Source: a virus | Length of the DNA: 64,000 nt | IMG/VR virus record: IMGVR_UViG_3300032401_000690 | Span: 32,001 to 96,000 of that record | Strand: one strand, 5' to 3' | Shown here: positions 20,594-31,293 of the stretch, in pieces | Layout of the letters: each line of letters begins with the position of its first letter | Numbering within the stretch: the stretch's first letter is position 1 | The notes under the pieces: generated by a model | Told to the model about the DNA's origin: nothing | Database searches by the model: none | Seen by the model: the letters and a program-made list of their open reading frames with translations, nothing else | Position numbers and translations under genes: made by a program

Positions 20594-21481
20594 ATGGAAA
20601 AAAAATATTCATTATTTCATATTGAGGGTGGTTTAGGTAAACACGTTTGTGCAACGGCAGTTGCTAAATGTATTAAAAATAATCACCCCGATAGAGAATT
20701 GATTGTTGTATGTGCATATCCTGAAATATTTTTAAATCTACCATTTGTTGATAGAGTTTATCGGATTGGTATTACCCCTTATTTTTATGAAGATTATGTT
20801 GAGGGTAAGGATACTTTAATTTTTAAACACGAACCTTATTTCACGGACGAACATATACACAAAACATTACCACTTATTGAGAGTTGGTCAAAATTGTTTA
20901 ATTTAAACTACCAAGGAGAAACACCTGAACTTGTTTTTAATGTAAGACAAAAACAGATTGGATACAATAAATGGAAGAGGGAGAGACCAATTATGGTTAT
21001 CCAAACCAATGGTGGTCCGTTAAATGAACAACCATACCCTTATTCTTGGACTAGAGACATCCCTTATGAAGTTGCCGAACAACTTGTTAAAACTTTTGAG
21101 AATGATTACCACATCATCCAAATTTGTAGAGACAAGTCAAATGGAATACCAGGAACTGAAGTAATAACAGAACAAATGTCCAATATGGAATTGTTTTGGT
21201 TGCTAGCAATGTCAGATAAAAGAATTTTAATTGACTCTTGTTTGCAACACGCATCAATGGCAATGGGATTACCATCAACGGTATTGTGGGTTGGAACATC
21301 ACCAAAAACATTTGGATATAACATCCATAAAAACATCATTGCAAATATTCCTAAAACCGTTAAGTCACCAGATAGTTATCTTTTTGATTTTAATTTTAAT
21401 GGACTGACTCACGAATGTCCGTTATTAGATTTTAACATATTTGATATTAATGAAATAATTTACGAAACAAAAACAACTTAA
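20594..21481 (+). CDS. GT9-like glycosyltransferase
   Basis: GGLGK, LIDSCLQHA..A.GLPSTVLW..TSP..FGY..H. Confidence 0.65.
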   Translation: MEKKYSLFHIEGGLGKHVCATAVAKCIKNNHPDRELIVVCAYPEIFLNLPFVDRVYRIGITPYFYEDYVEGKDTLIFKHEPYFTDEHIHKTLPLIESWSKLFNLNYQGETPELVFNVRQKQIGYNKWKRERPIMVIQTNGGPLNEQPYPYSWTRDIPYEVAEQLVKTFENDYHIIQICRDKSNGIPGTEVITEQMSNMELFWLLAMSDKRILIDSCLQHASMAMGLPSTVLWVGTSPKTFGYNIHKNIIANIPKTVKSPDSYLFDFNFNGLTHECPLLDFNIFDINEIIYETKTT

Positions 21482-21482
21482 T

Positions 21483-22301
21483 ATGGTACAAAAGATATTC
21501 TTTCAAAGTTCCCTACCAAGAGCGGGATCAACATTACTACAAAATGTTATGGGACAAAATCCTGACTTCTATGTAACCCCAACATCGGGTGTTTTAGAGT
21601 TGGTATATGCGGCAAGAAACAATTATACAAATTCACCTGAATTTAAAGCTCAAGACACAGATCTAATGAAAGACGGGTTCCTTTCTTTTTGTAAGAATGG
21701 GATGGAAGGGTTTTTTAATGGTGTAACAGATAAACCTTATGTTATAGATAAAAGTAGAGGTTGGGGAGTTCATTATGGATTTTTAAATTCATTTTATCCA
21801 AACCCTAAGATCATTTGTATGATTAGAGATTTAAGAGGAGTTTTTGCTTCTATGGAAAAAAACTTCAGAAAAAATCAACATATGGATTCAGGTTTGGTAA
21901 ATCATGCAACTATGGTTGGTACCACAACAGAAAAAAGAATTGATACTTGGGCTCAAAGTCAACCCGTTGGTATGGCAATTGAGAGATTACAACAAATGTT
22001 TAAAGAGGGTGTTGATAAAAAAGTGTTGTTTGTTAAGTTTGAAGATTTCACTTCCAACCCGGCAAGTGAGATGAGAAGAATATATGAATATTTGGAACTT
22101 CCTTATTTTGAACACGACTTTAATAATGTTGAACAGATGACCAAAGAAGATGATAGTGTTTATGGTATCTATGGTGATCACAAGATAAAAAACAAAATAG
22201 AACCATTAAGAAATGATTTTAACGATGTTTTGGGTATTAATGCTAGTAACTGGATTAAAACAAACTATAAATGGTATTACGATCAATTTTTATATTTTTA
22301 A
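21483..22301 (+). CDS. Sulfotransferase
   Basis: 5'-PSB loop SLPRAGSTLL, 3'-PB RDLRGVFAS, KFEDF..NP. Confidence 0.88.
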   Translation: MVQKIFFQSSLPRAGSTLLQNVMGQNPDFYVTPTSGVLELVYAARNNYTNSPEFKAQDTDLMKDGFLSFCKNGMEGFFNGVTDKPYVIDKSRGWGVHYGFLNSFYPNPKIICMIRDLRGVFASMEKNFRKNQHMDSGLVNHATMVGTTTEKRIDTWAQSQPVGMAIERLQQMFKEGVDKKVLFVKFEDFTSNPASEMRRIYEYLELPYFEHDFNNVEQMTKEDDSVYGIYGDHKIKNKIEPLRNDFNDVLGINASNWIKTNYKWYYDQFLYF

Positions 22302-22304
22302 TTT

Positions 22305-22745
22305 ATGATTTATTGGTTTACAGGACAACCGTCCCATGGAAAAACAGTTTTGGGTGAAATGATGAAAAATCATCTTGAGAAAACACAAGAACAACCATAT
22401 AGAATTGATGGTGATGATCTTAGAGATTTATTTACAAATAAAGATTATTCTATGAAAGGTAGGGTAACAAATGTGGATGCCGCTCAAAAGATTGCACATT
22501 ATTTACATAACCAAGGATATACTGTAATCGTAACTTTGGTTTCACCTTATTTAGATCAACGAGAAGAGTTTAAACAAATGCTCGGTGAAGATATTAAGGA
22601 AATTTACATTCATTGTAATGAACCAAGAGAGAGAGATAGTTTTGCGGTTGAAGGTTATCAACCACCACAAAAAAATTTTATTGATATTGATACAACAAAC
22701 GACACACCTGAAGAATCATTAAAACTAATATTAAAAAATATATGA
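22305..22745 (+). CDS. cysC: Adenylyl-sulfate (APS) kinase
   Basis: WFTGQPSHGKT P-loop, DGDDLR, VSPY, YQPP; short version. Confidence 0.85.
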   Translation: MIYWFTGQPSHGKTVLGEMMKNHLEKTQEQPYRIDGDDLRDLFTNKDYSMKGRVTNVDAAQKIAHYLHNQGYTVIVTLVSPYLDQREEFKQMLGEDIKEIYIHCNEPRERDSFAVEGYQPPQKNFIDIDTTNDTPEESLKLILKNI

Positions 22746-23206
22746 ATTGGGAAGTAAAAAATCACGGTGGGGAACCAACAAATAATTCGGATAAAAAATA
22801 TGCGATTTTTATTGGGAGATATCAACCACCACATTTTGGGCATTTAAATCTTATAGACCAAAAATTAAATGAAGGTATTCCGGCACTTATAATGGTTAGA
22901 GATATTGCTCCTGACGATAAAAATCCTTTTACCACAGAACAAACTGTTTCTATGTTAGAGAAATATTATCATTCAAAGAATAAAGATGTTAAGGTTATGG
23001 TTATTCCTGATATTGAGTCCGTTAATTATGGTAGAGGTGTTGGTTATGAAATAAATGAATTTACACCACCAGACAATATCGGGTTTATTTCAGCAACAAA
23101 GGTGAGAGAATCAATAAAAAATGGTGATGATGGGTGGAGATCAATGATTGATGAGTCCATTCAAGACGATGTTATTAATTATTTATCATATGAAATCACA
23201 AAGTAA
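22742..23206 (+). CDS. HxGH nucleotidyltransferase (cytidylyltransferase-like)
   Basis: FIGRYQPPHFGH and ISATKVR motifs. Confidence 0.8.
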   Translation: MNWEVKNHGGEPTNNSDKKYAIFIGRYQPPHFGHLNLIDQKLNEGIPALIMVRDIAPDDKNPFTTEQTVSMLEKYYHSKNKDVKVMVIPDIESVNYGRGVGYEINEFTPPDNIGFISATKVRESIKNGDDGWRSMIDESIQDDVINYLSYEITK

Positions 23207-23630
23207 AACTTATCAAATAAGATTCAATACCGTATCAATAGGTGAAAACGATAGATGGAGATTAATTGAGAACGGAAATGAGACATTAGTTTCTGACGTT
23301 TATATTGATGGTCGCACTTACACAACAAAAGATTGGATAGAAGATATTCAAGATTATAAATGGCACATCAGTTGTATTGGTCATTGTAAAGTTAGAAGTA
23401 ATTGTGCCTACATTACAACAATAAAAGAAGAGTCAGTATTATTAAGACATATTTTAAAAACAATTAGTTATAGATTGTTAGGGACATTAACTACTGTTAT
23501 TGTTGCTTTAAGTTTGGGGGTAACCACAGAAGTATCCACATTATTAGGTGTTGGTGAATTGTTAATTAAACCTGTAATTTATTTCTTCCACGAAAGACTA
23601 TGGTATAAGTTTATTAAGATTAAAAAATGA
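23190..23630 (+). CDS. DUF2061-like membrane domain protein with N-terminal extension
   Basis: RHILKTISYR...K..IYFFHERLW; ATG at 23190 preferred to the track start at 23148. Confidence 0.65.
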   Translation: MKSQSKTYQIRFNTVSIGENDRWRLIENGNETLVSDVYIDGRTYTTKDWIEDIQDYKWHISCIGHCKVRSNCAYITTIKEESVLLRHILKTISYRLLGTLTTVIVALSLGVTTEVSTLLGVGELLIKPVIYFFHERLWYKFIKIKK

Positions 23631-23659
23631 TTTGAGGTTGTATTTATAGTCTAAGAACT

Positions 23660-24439
23660 ATGGATCAAACAATAACAATTCAAAGTATAAATTATTCTGG
23701 TGAAAGTGCTGAAATAATTTTTAATCCTGACAATGAAACTATTGTCATTAATCTGGGTGCACATATATTACCTTACGCTTTTGATTCATCATTATTGGAT
23801 CCACCAAGAGAAATTTACGGCACTTATACGATATTAGTTAATAATTGTCCATACTTCCTTAACGTTCCAAGGTTAACACCAACACCTACACCGACGAGAA
23901 CTCCAACGAGAACTCCGACACCAACAGTTACACCAACACCAACGGTAACACCAACATATGATCCGTGTTCGGTAACACAAACACCATCGGTTACTCCGAC
24001 GAAAACACCAACAAGAACTCCAACGAGAACTCCGACTCCAACACCAACAATAACGTGTTATGCGACACCTACACCAACACCAACGGTGACACCATCATCG
24101 TTACCGTCATTACCTGGTGTTTATTACGGTAAATTTAATAGTACGTTAATAACTTCTGCAGATACGTCATCATTAACATTTGTAACAACAAATGATATAA
24201 CAAATACGTATGTGACGTTCTCTGCGGGGACTGGTTTTGGATATGTATTAATACCACCATCTTTACCTCAACCTATTAACTTTAAAGATAGTGATACTGG
24301 ATGTACGGGTAATGATGTCCCTGTTAATAACATAGGTACTGTGGTTGTATTGGATACAAATGGATTTGCAATAACATATAACATATATAGAACATTCTTC
24401 CCATTCAATGGACAATTATTCTGTTGGTTGTGTGGTTAA
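23660..24439 (+). CDS. Putative virion protein with Pro/Thr-rich linker
   Basis: Long (PT)n tracts; TATTTATA upstream. Confidence 0.6.
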   Translation: MDQTITIQSINYSGESAEIIFNPDNETIVINLGAHILPYAFDSSLLDPPREIYGTYTILVNNCPYFLNVPRLTPTPTPTRTPTRTPTPTVTPTPTVTPTYDPCSVTQTPSVTPTKTPTRTPTRTPTPTPTITCYATPTPTPTVTPSSLPSLPGVYYGKFNSTLITSADTSSLTFVTTNDITNTYVTFSAGTGFGYVLIPPSLPQPINFKDSDTGCTGNDVPVNNIGTVVVLDTNGFAITYNIYRTFFPFNGQLFCWLCG

Positions 24440-24455
24440 AAACAAATAAATAATT

Positions 24456-27400
24456 ATGATGAGTTTTAGTCTTTCAGGGGGAGTTGAAGTTTTCGGGTTT
24501 ATATCACCATCGGAACCAACTGATACATATCCCGTTATAGATCCAATATATGGTATTGACGGTTTAAGAAACGTGGATACCCTTTCAGATTTAGACAATA
24601 TTCCTGAACTACGAAGACGTGCAGGTATGGTTGTGGGGGTTAGTGGTGGAACTGAATATTATAAACTAAATCCTCCTCCGTGGAATCTTGATTTTACCGA
24701 TTGGTCTGTTTTTAATTCTGGTGGTAGTGGTTTATCTTCATACACATATAATAACAATACTTTCACAATTTTAGATCTTACAGGTGGAACATATAGTGCA
24801 ACAATTAATGAAGTGACTGGATTAACCGTTAATGGAATTTTATCGGCAATGACATATGAAAACTTACCTATTGATGTTTTTGTTACGGGGGGAACTTATT
24901 CTGCGGGAACAAGTACTTTTGTTAATAACACCGGAGGAACATTTGATGTCACGGGATTCTATACAGGTGACACCGATGATAACACATATATCACAGGTTT
25001 TACATATTCGGCAAACACATTTACTATATCCGACAATTCAGGAACTACATTTAATTCAACTATTAATGAAGTAACAGGACTAACAGTTAATGGTATATTA
25101 TCGGCAACAACATATGAGAATTTACCTACCGATGTTTATGTGACTGGAGGGACTTATAATAACGGAACAAGTACCTTCACAAATAATACCGGAGGTACAT
25201 TTAATGTTAATGGGTTCTATACGGGAGCAACAGATGTTTTTGTTACGGGAGGAACATATAATAATGGGACAAGTACTTTTACGAATAATACCGGAGGAAC
25301 ATTTGATGTTACTGGGTTCTATACTGGAGAAACTGATGATAATCAATATGTTACAGGTTTTACATATTCCGCAAATACATTTACAATATCAGACAATTCA
25401 GGTAATACGTTTAATTCAACAATAAATGACGTTACAGGGTTAACCGTTAACGGAATATTATCTGCAACCACAATAAGTGGTGGGACATTCTACGGTAATG
25501 GTCTTGAACTAACAAGGGTTGAGAATTTAGTAACCGTTGGTTTAAATGGTACTAATTGTGACTTTGGGTCAATTAACTCTGCAGTTGATTATTTAATATC
25601 TTCGGGTAATACTTCATCAACAAATAGATATGTTATTACCGTTGGGCCTGGTGTATTTTATGAAAATGAAATTGATTTAACAAATATACCATATGTTAGT
25701 ATTGTCGGTAGTAGTGTCCAAACAACACAAATCCTACCAAACACCAATACCCAACATATTGTTAAAATAGGGGCTAATAATGAAATATCGTTTTTAACTT
25801 TTAGTGGGGCACCTTTAGGGTATTCGGCAATTTATTGTTACGATATTGGAGATTATGCTCAAGCTCATAAAATTTCATTTTACGATTGTGATATAAATGT
25901 GTGGGTTGAATCTAATAGTCAGGACACAAAATTCTATGGTGAATATTTAGATTATAATGGTACATATACTTATGGAACAAAAGTTATAGGAAACAATGGT
26001 TATGAGGCGTTAGCCAATATGGAGAACTATTATAACTTCCCAACGGGAGGAAATATAACTTATTGTAATTATGCGACAGGTAGTGGGGCAACATTAAGTG
26101 TTTTTGTTGGTGATAATCAAAGTAATGGAGTTTCAGGTAGTACTGCATACTTTGCTCAAGATGGTGCTGGATTATATTGTAGTACAATTACGATAAATGG
26201 TTTCACATATGGTATTAGAAATCCAAATGTGGGAGATCCGATTAGATTTGATATTGATAATGCTAGTATTGTAGGTGGAGAATGGGATTTATATATTGAA
26301 CGTATTACCACCTTTGGTACATTTGGAGGTAGTGCCAATAGCCAAAAAACATATTCGGTTAGTCCTGACATATATTGGGCATTTTTAGATATTGAGGATG
26401 GTCAGTTTGATATAACAAGAAAGGCTTCTGTAACATTTACCGATGGATCACATACCGACTTTACTACTTTAATTTTTGATGGGGGACCCATGGGTCTTTT
26501 AAGTGGTGGTACACTTACAACCGTTAGTGGAACAACAATCCAAACCGATAGGGGTTTCGGGTATGTTGAGAAATCAGATAATAGTGGGATTGTTAGAAGA
26601 ATTAATTGGGACAATAGTGAAATAACTCTATCTGAAAATACTAACACCTATATCTTTATTAACGAAAATGGTAATTTAGGGGGTTCAGGAACTAGACCAA
26701 ACTCTTTTTATAACATAATTTTAGGTAGGGTTGTTACTAATTCTACCGAGGTATCATTTATTGATTTAACACCATTTAATGCCGAACACACATCAAATAG
26801 GTTTGGTAGTTTGTTTAGAGAAGCCTTAGGACCAATATATTCATTAGGGTCAATAGTAACAGAAGGAACACCAACATACACCTTGGATGTAACTGATGGG
26901 GAGTATTATTTCTCAACCACAGAAATTTTACCTTCAGGTGGAACAGGAATAACATTTAACCAATATTATAGAAACGGTTCTGGTGGTTGGATAACAAGTG
27001 GAACAACAACCGTAGTTAACGGTTATGACGATAATAGTGGTACAATATCACCACTACCTTTATCTGCATATACAAAACATACATTATATTTAGTTGGTGA
27101 TGGAATTTACGAGAACTATTTTTTAGTATTAGGTCAAAACCAATATTCAACTTTAATTGAGGCTGAATTAGGTCTTTTACCAACACCACCAACATATTTT
27201 ACAGATTCTGTAGTTCAGGTTGCAAACATTTATATACGACAAGGATCATCAGGAATAACCCAAATTGAGGACATTAGACCTATTATTGGTTTTAAATCTG
27301 GTGGTGTAAACGCATCCTCAGTTCACGGTAATCTTTTAGGATTATCTGCCGATGACCATATCCAATACTTGTTGGTTAATGGTGGTAGACCTATGAGTGG

Positions 27401-28457
27401 GAACCTTGATATGGGAACTAACAACATTACGAATGTTGGGACTGTTGATGGTGTTACGGTATCCGCACACGCAACAAGACATCAGTTTGGTGGTTTAGAC
27501 CCTGTTGGTTCAACAACTCCAGGACCTAATTACATTCCATATGCTGACGTTAGTGGAACATTAAATGATTGGGTATCAACCGCATCAACCACAACATTTG
27601 GTAAAGTAATAACATCAAGTTCAAGTACTACAGTTGTTAGTGATAATGACCCAAGATTTTTAAATTCATTTACGGGTGGAACATATTCGGGAGGGACGTT
27701 ATCTTTAAATAATAATAGTGGGGGGACTTATAATATATTAGGATTTTATACGGGAGCAACTGATGTATTTGTTACGGGGGGAACTTATAATAATGGGACA
27801 AGTACATTTACAAATAACACCGGAGGAACATTTAATGTGTCGGGGTTTTTGTCTAATGCAACAACGGCAGTTACATTATCATCTAATGTGTTAAGTGTAA
27901 CTTCAAGTGGTGGAACACCAACAACAACTACGATTAATGCGGCAACGGGAGGAACATATTCAAACGGTACAATAACACTTGATGGTACAGGAACGTTATC
28001 AACAATAACTGGGTTATATACAGGAAGTACTGATGTTTTCGTAACTGGAGGAACTTACTCTAATGGAACAAGTATTTTTACAAATAATACCGGAGGTACA
28101 TTTAATGTCACAGGGTTCTTATCTACAGACACATACGTGACAGGTGTTACATATTCGGCAAATACTTTAACGGTACAACAAAATCAAGGTCAATCAAACA
28201 TAACAACAACGATTGGTTTAAATATAAAATCTAACACAATTACTGCGGGAAGTTTCGCAGGTAACCCCAAGAAAAATACCGTCACATTTACAACCGCGTA
28301 CCCTACCGATAATTATACTATTGGTATTACAGGTTCTGATAATAGAACTTTTACTTACGAATCAAAAACCGTTAATGGGTTTACAATAAACACAAATGCA
28401 AATACCGTACTAACAGGAAATGTGGATTGGCAAACTACCCAAATAGGTGAATCATAA
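24456..28457 (+). CDS. Long tail-fibre-like protein with VTGGTY repeats and a beta-helix region
   Basis: Repeated DVFVTGGTYxNGTSTFTNNTGGTF; pectin-lyase-like start (SINSAVD...ITVGPGVFYE); H-type-lectin/gp53-like C-terminus. Confidence 0.65.
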   Translation: MMSFSLSGGVEVFGFISPSEPTDTYPVIDPIYGIDGLRNVDTLSDLDNIPELRRRAGMVVGVSGGTEYYKLNPPPWNLDFTDWSVFNSGGSGLSSYTYNNNTFTILDLTGGTYSATINEVTGLTVNGILSAMTYENLPIDVFVTGGTYSAGTSTFVNNTGGTFDVTGFYTGDTDDNTYITGFTYSANTFTISDNSGTTFNSTINEVTGLTVNGILSATTYENLPTDVYVTGGTYNNGTSTFTNNTGGTFNVNGFYTGATDVFVTGGTYNNGTSTFTNNTGGTFDVTGFYTGETDDNQYVTGFTYSANTFTISDNSGNTFNSTINDVTGLTVNGILSATTISGGTFYGNGLELTRVENLVTVGLNGTNCDFGSINSAVDYLISSGNTSSTNRYVITVGPGVFYENEIDLTNIPYVSIVGSSVQTTQILPNTNTQHIVKIGANNEISFLTFSGAPLGYSAIYCYDIGDYAQAHKISFYDCDINVWVESNSQDTKFYGEYLDYNGTYTYGTKVIGNNGYEALANMENYYNFPTGGNITYCNYATGSGATLSVFVGDNQSNGVSGSTAYFAQDGAGLYCSTITINGFTYGIRNPNVGDPIRFDIDNASIVGGEWDLYIERITTFGTFGGSANSQKTYSVSPDIYWAFLDIEDGQFDITRKASVTFTDGSHTDFTTLIFDGGPMGLLSGGTLTTVSGTTIQTDRGFGYVEKSDNSGIVRRINWDNSEITLSENTNTYIFINENGNLGGSGTRPNSFYNIILGRVVTNSTEVSFIDLTPFNAEHTSNRFGSLFREALGPIYSLGSIVTEGTPTYTLDVTDGEYYFSTTEILPSGGTGITFNQYYRNGSGGWITSGTTTVVNGYDDNSGTISPLPLSAYTKHTLYLVGDGIYENYFLVLGQNQYSTLIEAELGLLPTPPTYFTDSVVQVANIYIRQGSSGITQIEDIRPIIGFKSGGVNASSVHGNLLGLSADDHIQYLLVNGGRPMSGNLDMGTNNITNVGTVDGVTVSAHATRHQFGGLDPVGSTTPGPNYIPYADVSGTLNDWVSTASTTTFGKVITSSSSTTVVSDNDPRFLNSFTGGTYSGGTLSLNNNSGGTYNILGFYTGATDVFVTGGTYNNGTSTFTNNTGGTFNVSGFLSNATTAVTLSSNVLSVTSSGGTPTTTTINAATGGTYSNGTITLDGTGTLSTITGLYTGSTDVFVTGGTYSNGTSIFTNNTGGTFNVTGFLSTDTYVTGVTYSANTLTVQQNQGQSNITTTIGLNIKSNTITAGSFAGNPKKNTVTFTTAYPTDNYTIGITGSDNRTFTYESKTVNGFTINTNANTVLTGNVDWQTTQIGES

Positions 28458-28469
28458 TAATTATATATA

Positions 28470-28928
28470 ATGGGAAATTTTATAACAGATAATATAATAT
28501 CCGAAGGTAGTATATCAGGAGTTACCATAAGTGGTAATACATTTTACGGTAATGGATCAGGACTTACAAATGTTTCTGCAACATTTTCTAAATCGTGGGA
28601 TGCTGGTGGAGGATTTATTACAACAGGTAATACACGATATTTAATATCTAATACTACTTGTACAATCAATCGATGGAGTATAATTGCAACAGGAACAAAT
28701 CCCACCTGTACGATTGATATATGGAAGGTAGGTACAGGAACATCTTTACCTACAGTATCTAACACTATAATGGGAACTAAACCTATACTATCAACAGGAA
28801 ATGCGGTTCGTTCAACTATTACAACTGGTTGGACTACATTATCAATTACTGAAGGAGATATCATTGCATTTAATATTGATAGTGTAAGTAACACATTAAC
28901 ATTAACATTCACATTAGAAGTTGCTTAA
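28470..28928 (+). CDS. Putative virion/fibre-associated protein
   Basis: TISGNTFYGNGSGLT motif shared with the preceding fibre; beta-rich. Confidence 0.55.
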   Translation: MGNFITDNIISEGSISGVTISGNTFYGNGSGLTNVSATFSKSWDAGGGFITTGNTRYLISNTTCTINRWSIIATGTNPTCTIDIWKVGTGTSLPTVSNTIMGTKPILSTGNAVRSTITTGWTTLSITEGDIIAFNIDSVSNTLTLTFTLEVA

Positions 28929-28959
28929 ATATAAAAAAATAAATTAAAAATAATCAATT

Positions 28960-31089
28960 ATGCCTATAATAACAGTATCAAATACAGGAGGAAATTGGAA
29001 CGCAGGAACAACTTGGGTTGGTGGGGTAGTTCCTAGTGCTACATTAGATACTGTGGCATTTACATCTACATCGGGACAATTAACAGTTAACGTTCCATCA
29101 ACTTGTATTGGGATAAGATTTACCAACTATGTAAATACAATTACATTTACAACTACACTTACTATAAATGGTCCAATAAATCTAGGTACGGGTGGATATA
29201 CACAAGCAGGTGCAAGTGGATTAATAGCAGGTGCAACATCAACATTAACATCGGGAGGAGTAACTTGGTCTAGATTATTTACATTTGCGGGTGCATCCCA
29301 AACTTTTACATTAGCAGATAACTGGACGATAAGTGGGAATATAACAATAAATGGTACAACATCAGTTATTATAAATGGTAATACTTTAAATATTGGTGGT
29401 AACTTAACCCAAACCACAACTGCAATTGTTTCAGGAACAACGGCATTCAACTTTAACGGTACAGGCACTTGGAGTAATTCAAGTACTGGATCAATTAGAA
29501 ATAATACCACAATAAACACTACAGGTACTTTAACTATAGGAACCAATGTTTATTACGATACAGGTACATTAACTAGAACATCTGGAACTGTAATAACCAC
29601 AGGTTCAACATTAAATATTGGAGCCGCAACAACATTAACTACTAATGGTATTACTTGGAATAATATTAATACAACCACAGGAGTAGTTATAACATTAGGA
29701 AGTAACTTAACTTTAACAGGAACATTAAGTTTAGGAAATGGTGTAACAAGTTTTACTTTAGGTGGATTTAATTTAATAAGTACAAATGCTAATTTAACTA
29801 TGTTGGGAGTAAATGCAATTTTTACAATGCCAGCAAATCAAACGTTTAAATCATTAACTATAACAGGTACAAATGCAACTCTGAATGCAAATACTTTAAC
29901 TATAACAGGAAATCTCACAATTAATGCTGGTGTATCTGGAACAACTACAATAGTTTATGGTGGTACTGGTACTTGGACTGCTTTAAATACTACTTCTTTA
30001 ATAAGTAATATTCTAACTATTAACACACCAGGAACACTTACTATTTCGGGAATAGTTTATAAACAATTAGGACTTTTTACTTATACGACTGGAACAATTA
30101 TAGACACAACGGGTACTGTATCTGTGCAATCAATAACTTTAAACTTATCAGGATTTACATTCAGAAAATTACTTGTAAATAATACAATTACTTTAACGAG
30201 TAATATCAACGCAACTACTTTTGGTACTTGGGGTGCTAATGTAATAACCTTTACATTAGGTGCTTTTTCACTTAATTTTACAAATCTTGAATTGGGTAAT
30301 ACAGGTATAACCACATTACCAACCGCTTGGGTATGCCAAAATATAGAATTTGCAAATGGTGGAACTGGTACATTAAATACTAATTCTATTACTATTAACG
30401 GTAATATTTTACAATCATCTATTGGTATTTATGGAGGAACTACAACTTTTACATATGCAGGAACTGGTAGTTGGACATCAACGAGTACAGGATATTTTAG
30501 TAATACGTTTAATATCAACACTGCCGGTACATTAACTTTTATAAGTGGTAATATTGGAGGTGGGACATTTACTTACACATCAGGTACCGTTGTAACTACG
30601 AGTTCAACTTTGACTATTAACGTATCAACAACATTAAATACTAATGGTATTACTTGGAATAATGTAACTTTATCTAATACAGCAATATATACATATACAA
30701 TAAATTCTCCATTTGTTGGGACAGGGACTTTAACCATAGGAACAAGTACATCAACAATATTTGCAGGTACTGCAGGATTTACTTTTGGGATATTAACTAA
30801 TGCATCAACCGTGGCAACATCAGTAACACTTGTTAATGGATTAACATACACCATAACATCATCATTAAATTGTTTTACAACTCGTAATGGGTCTTCATTA
30901 TTATTTACATCTAATCACGCTACATTAACATCTAATTTAATATTTTCTGGGGGTGCTACTTGTAATGTCTTAGCAAATTTTACACGAATAAATGCAAGTG
31001 GTGGAAGACCTATAATGACTTTTAATGGAACATTAGTAGGTTGTTCTAATATTATTGAAAGACACGATTTTGTAACATATGGATATTAA
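28960..31089 (+). CDS. Thr/Gly-rich beta-helix (autotransporter passenger-like) protein
   Basis: GGNWNAGTTWVGGVVP start; repeated GTGTW...TINTxGTLT units. Confidence 0.6.
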   Translation: MPIITVSNTGGNWNAGTTWVGGVVPSATLDTVAFTSTSGQLTVNVPSTCIGIRFTNYVNTITFTTTLTINGPINLGTGGYTQAGASGLIAGATSTLTSGGVTWSRLFTFAGASQTFTLADNWTISGNITINGTTSVIINGNTLNIGGNLTQTTTAIVSGTTAFNFNGTGTWSNSSTGSIRNNTTINTTGTLTIGTNVYYDTGTLTRTSGTVITTGSTLNIGAATTLTTNGITWNNINTTTGVVITLGSNLTLTGTLSLGNGVTSFTLGGFNLISTNANLTMLGVNAIFTMPANQTFKSLTITGTNATLNANTLTITGNLTINAGVSGTTTIVYGGTGTWTALNTTSLISNILTINTPGTLTISGIVYKQLGLFTYTTGTIIDTTGTVSVQSITLNLSGFTFRKLLVNNTITLTSNINATTFGTWGANVITFTLGAFSLNFTNLELGNTGITTLPTAWVCQNIEFANGGTGTLNTNSITINGNILQSSIGIYGGTTTFTYAGTGSWTSTSTGYFSNTFNINTAGTLTFISGNIGGGTFTYTSGTVVTTSSTLTINVSTTLNTNGITWNNVTLSNTAIYTYTINSPFVGTGTLTIGTSTSTIFAGTAGFTFGILTNASTVATSVTLVNGLTYTITSSLNCFTTRNGSSLLFTSNHATLTSNLIFSGGATCNVLANFTRINASGGRPIMTFNGTLVGCSNIIERHDFVTYGY

Positions 31090-31109
31090 AATATATGTGT
31101 GATTCAACA

Positions 31110-31218
31110 TTCACGTATTTTATGTTTGACCTTAATTTTTTAATAACACAAAATTATGTATATTTTGTTATATAACTTAAAATGTAAATATTTATAACAA
31201 AACAAAATTATGTCAGAC
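31110..31218 (+). repeat. Degenerate direct-repeat copy of ~15780-15909 (gene end, promoter motif and ATGTCAGAC start)
   Basis: AAAATGTAAATATTTATAA.AAAACAAAATTATGTCAGAC and upstream AACACAAAATTATG are present at both loci. Confidence 0.75.
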
Positions 31219-31293
31219 ATTTTATTGTTGTTGATAATTTTATTGATTTACTTAAAAGATTAACTAATTTATAAGAGTATAGTATAAATTAAA

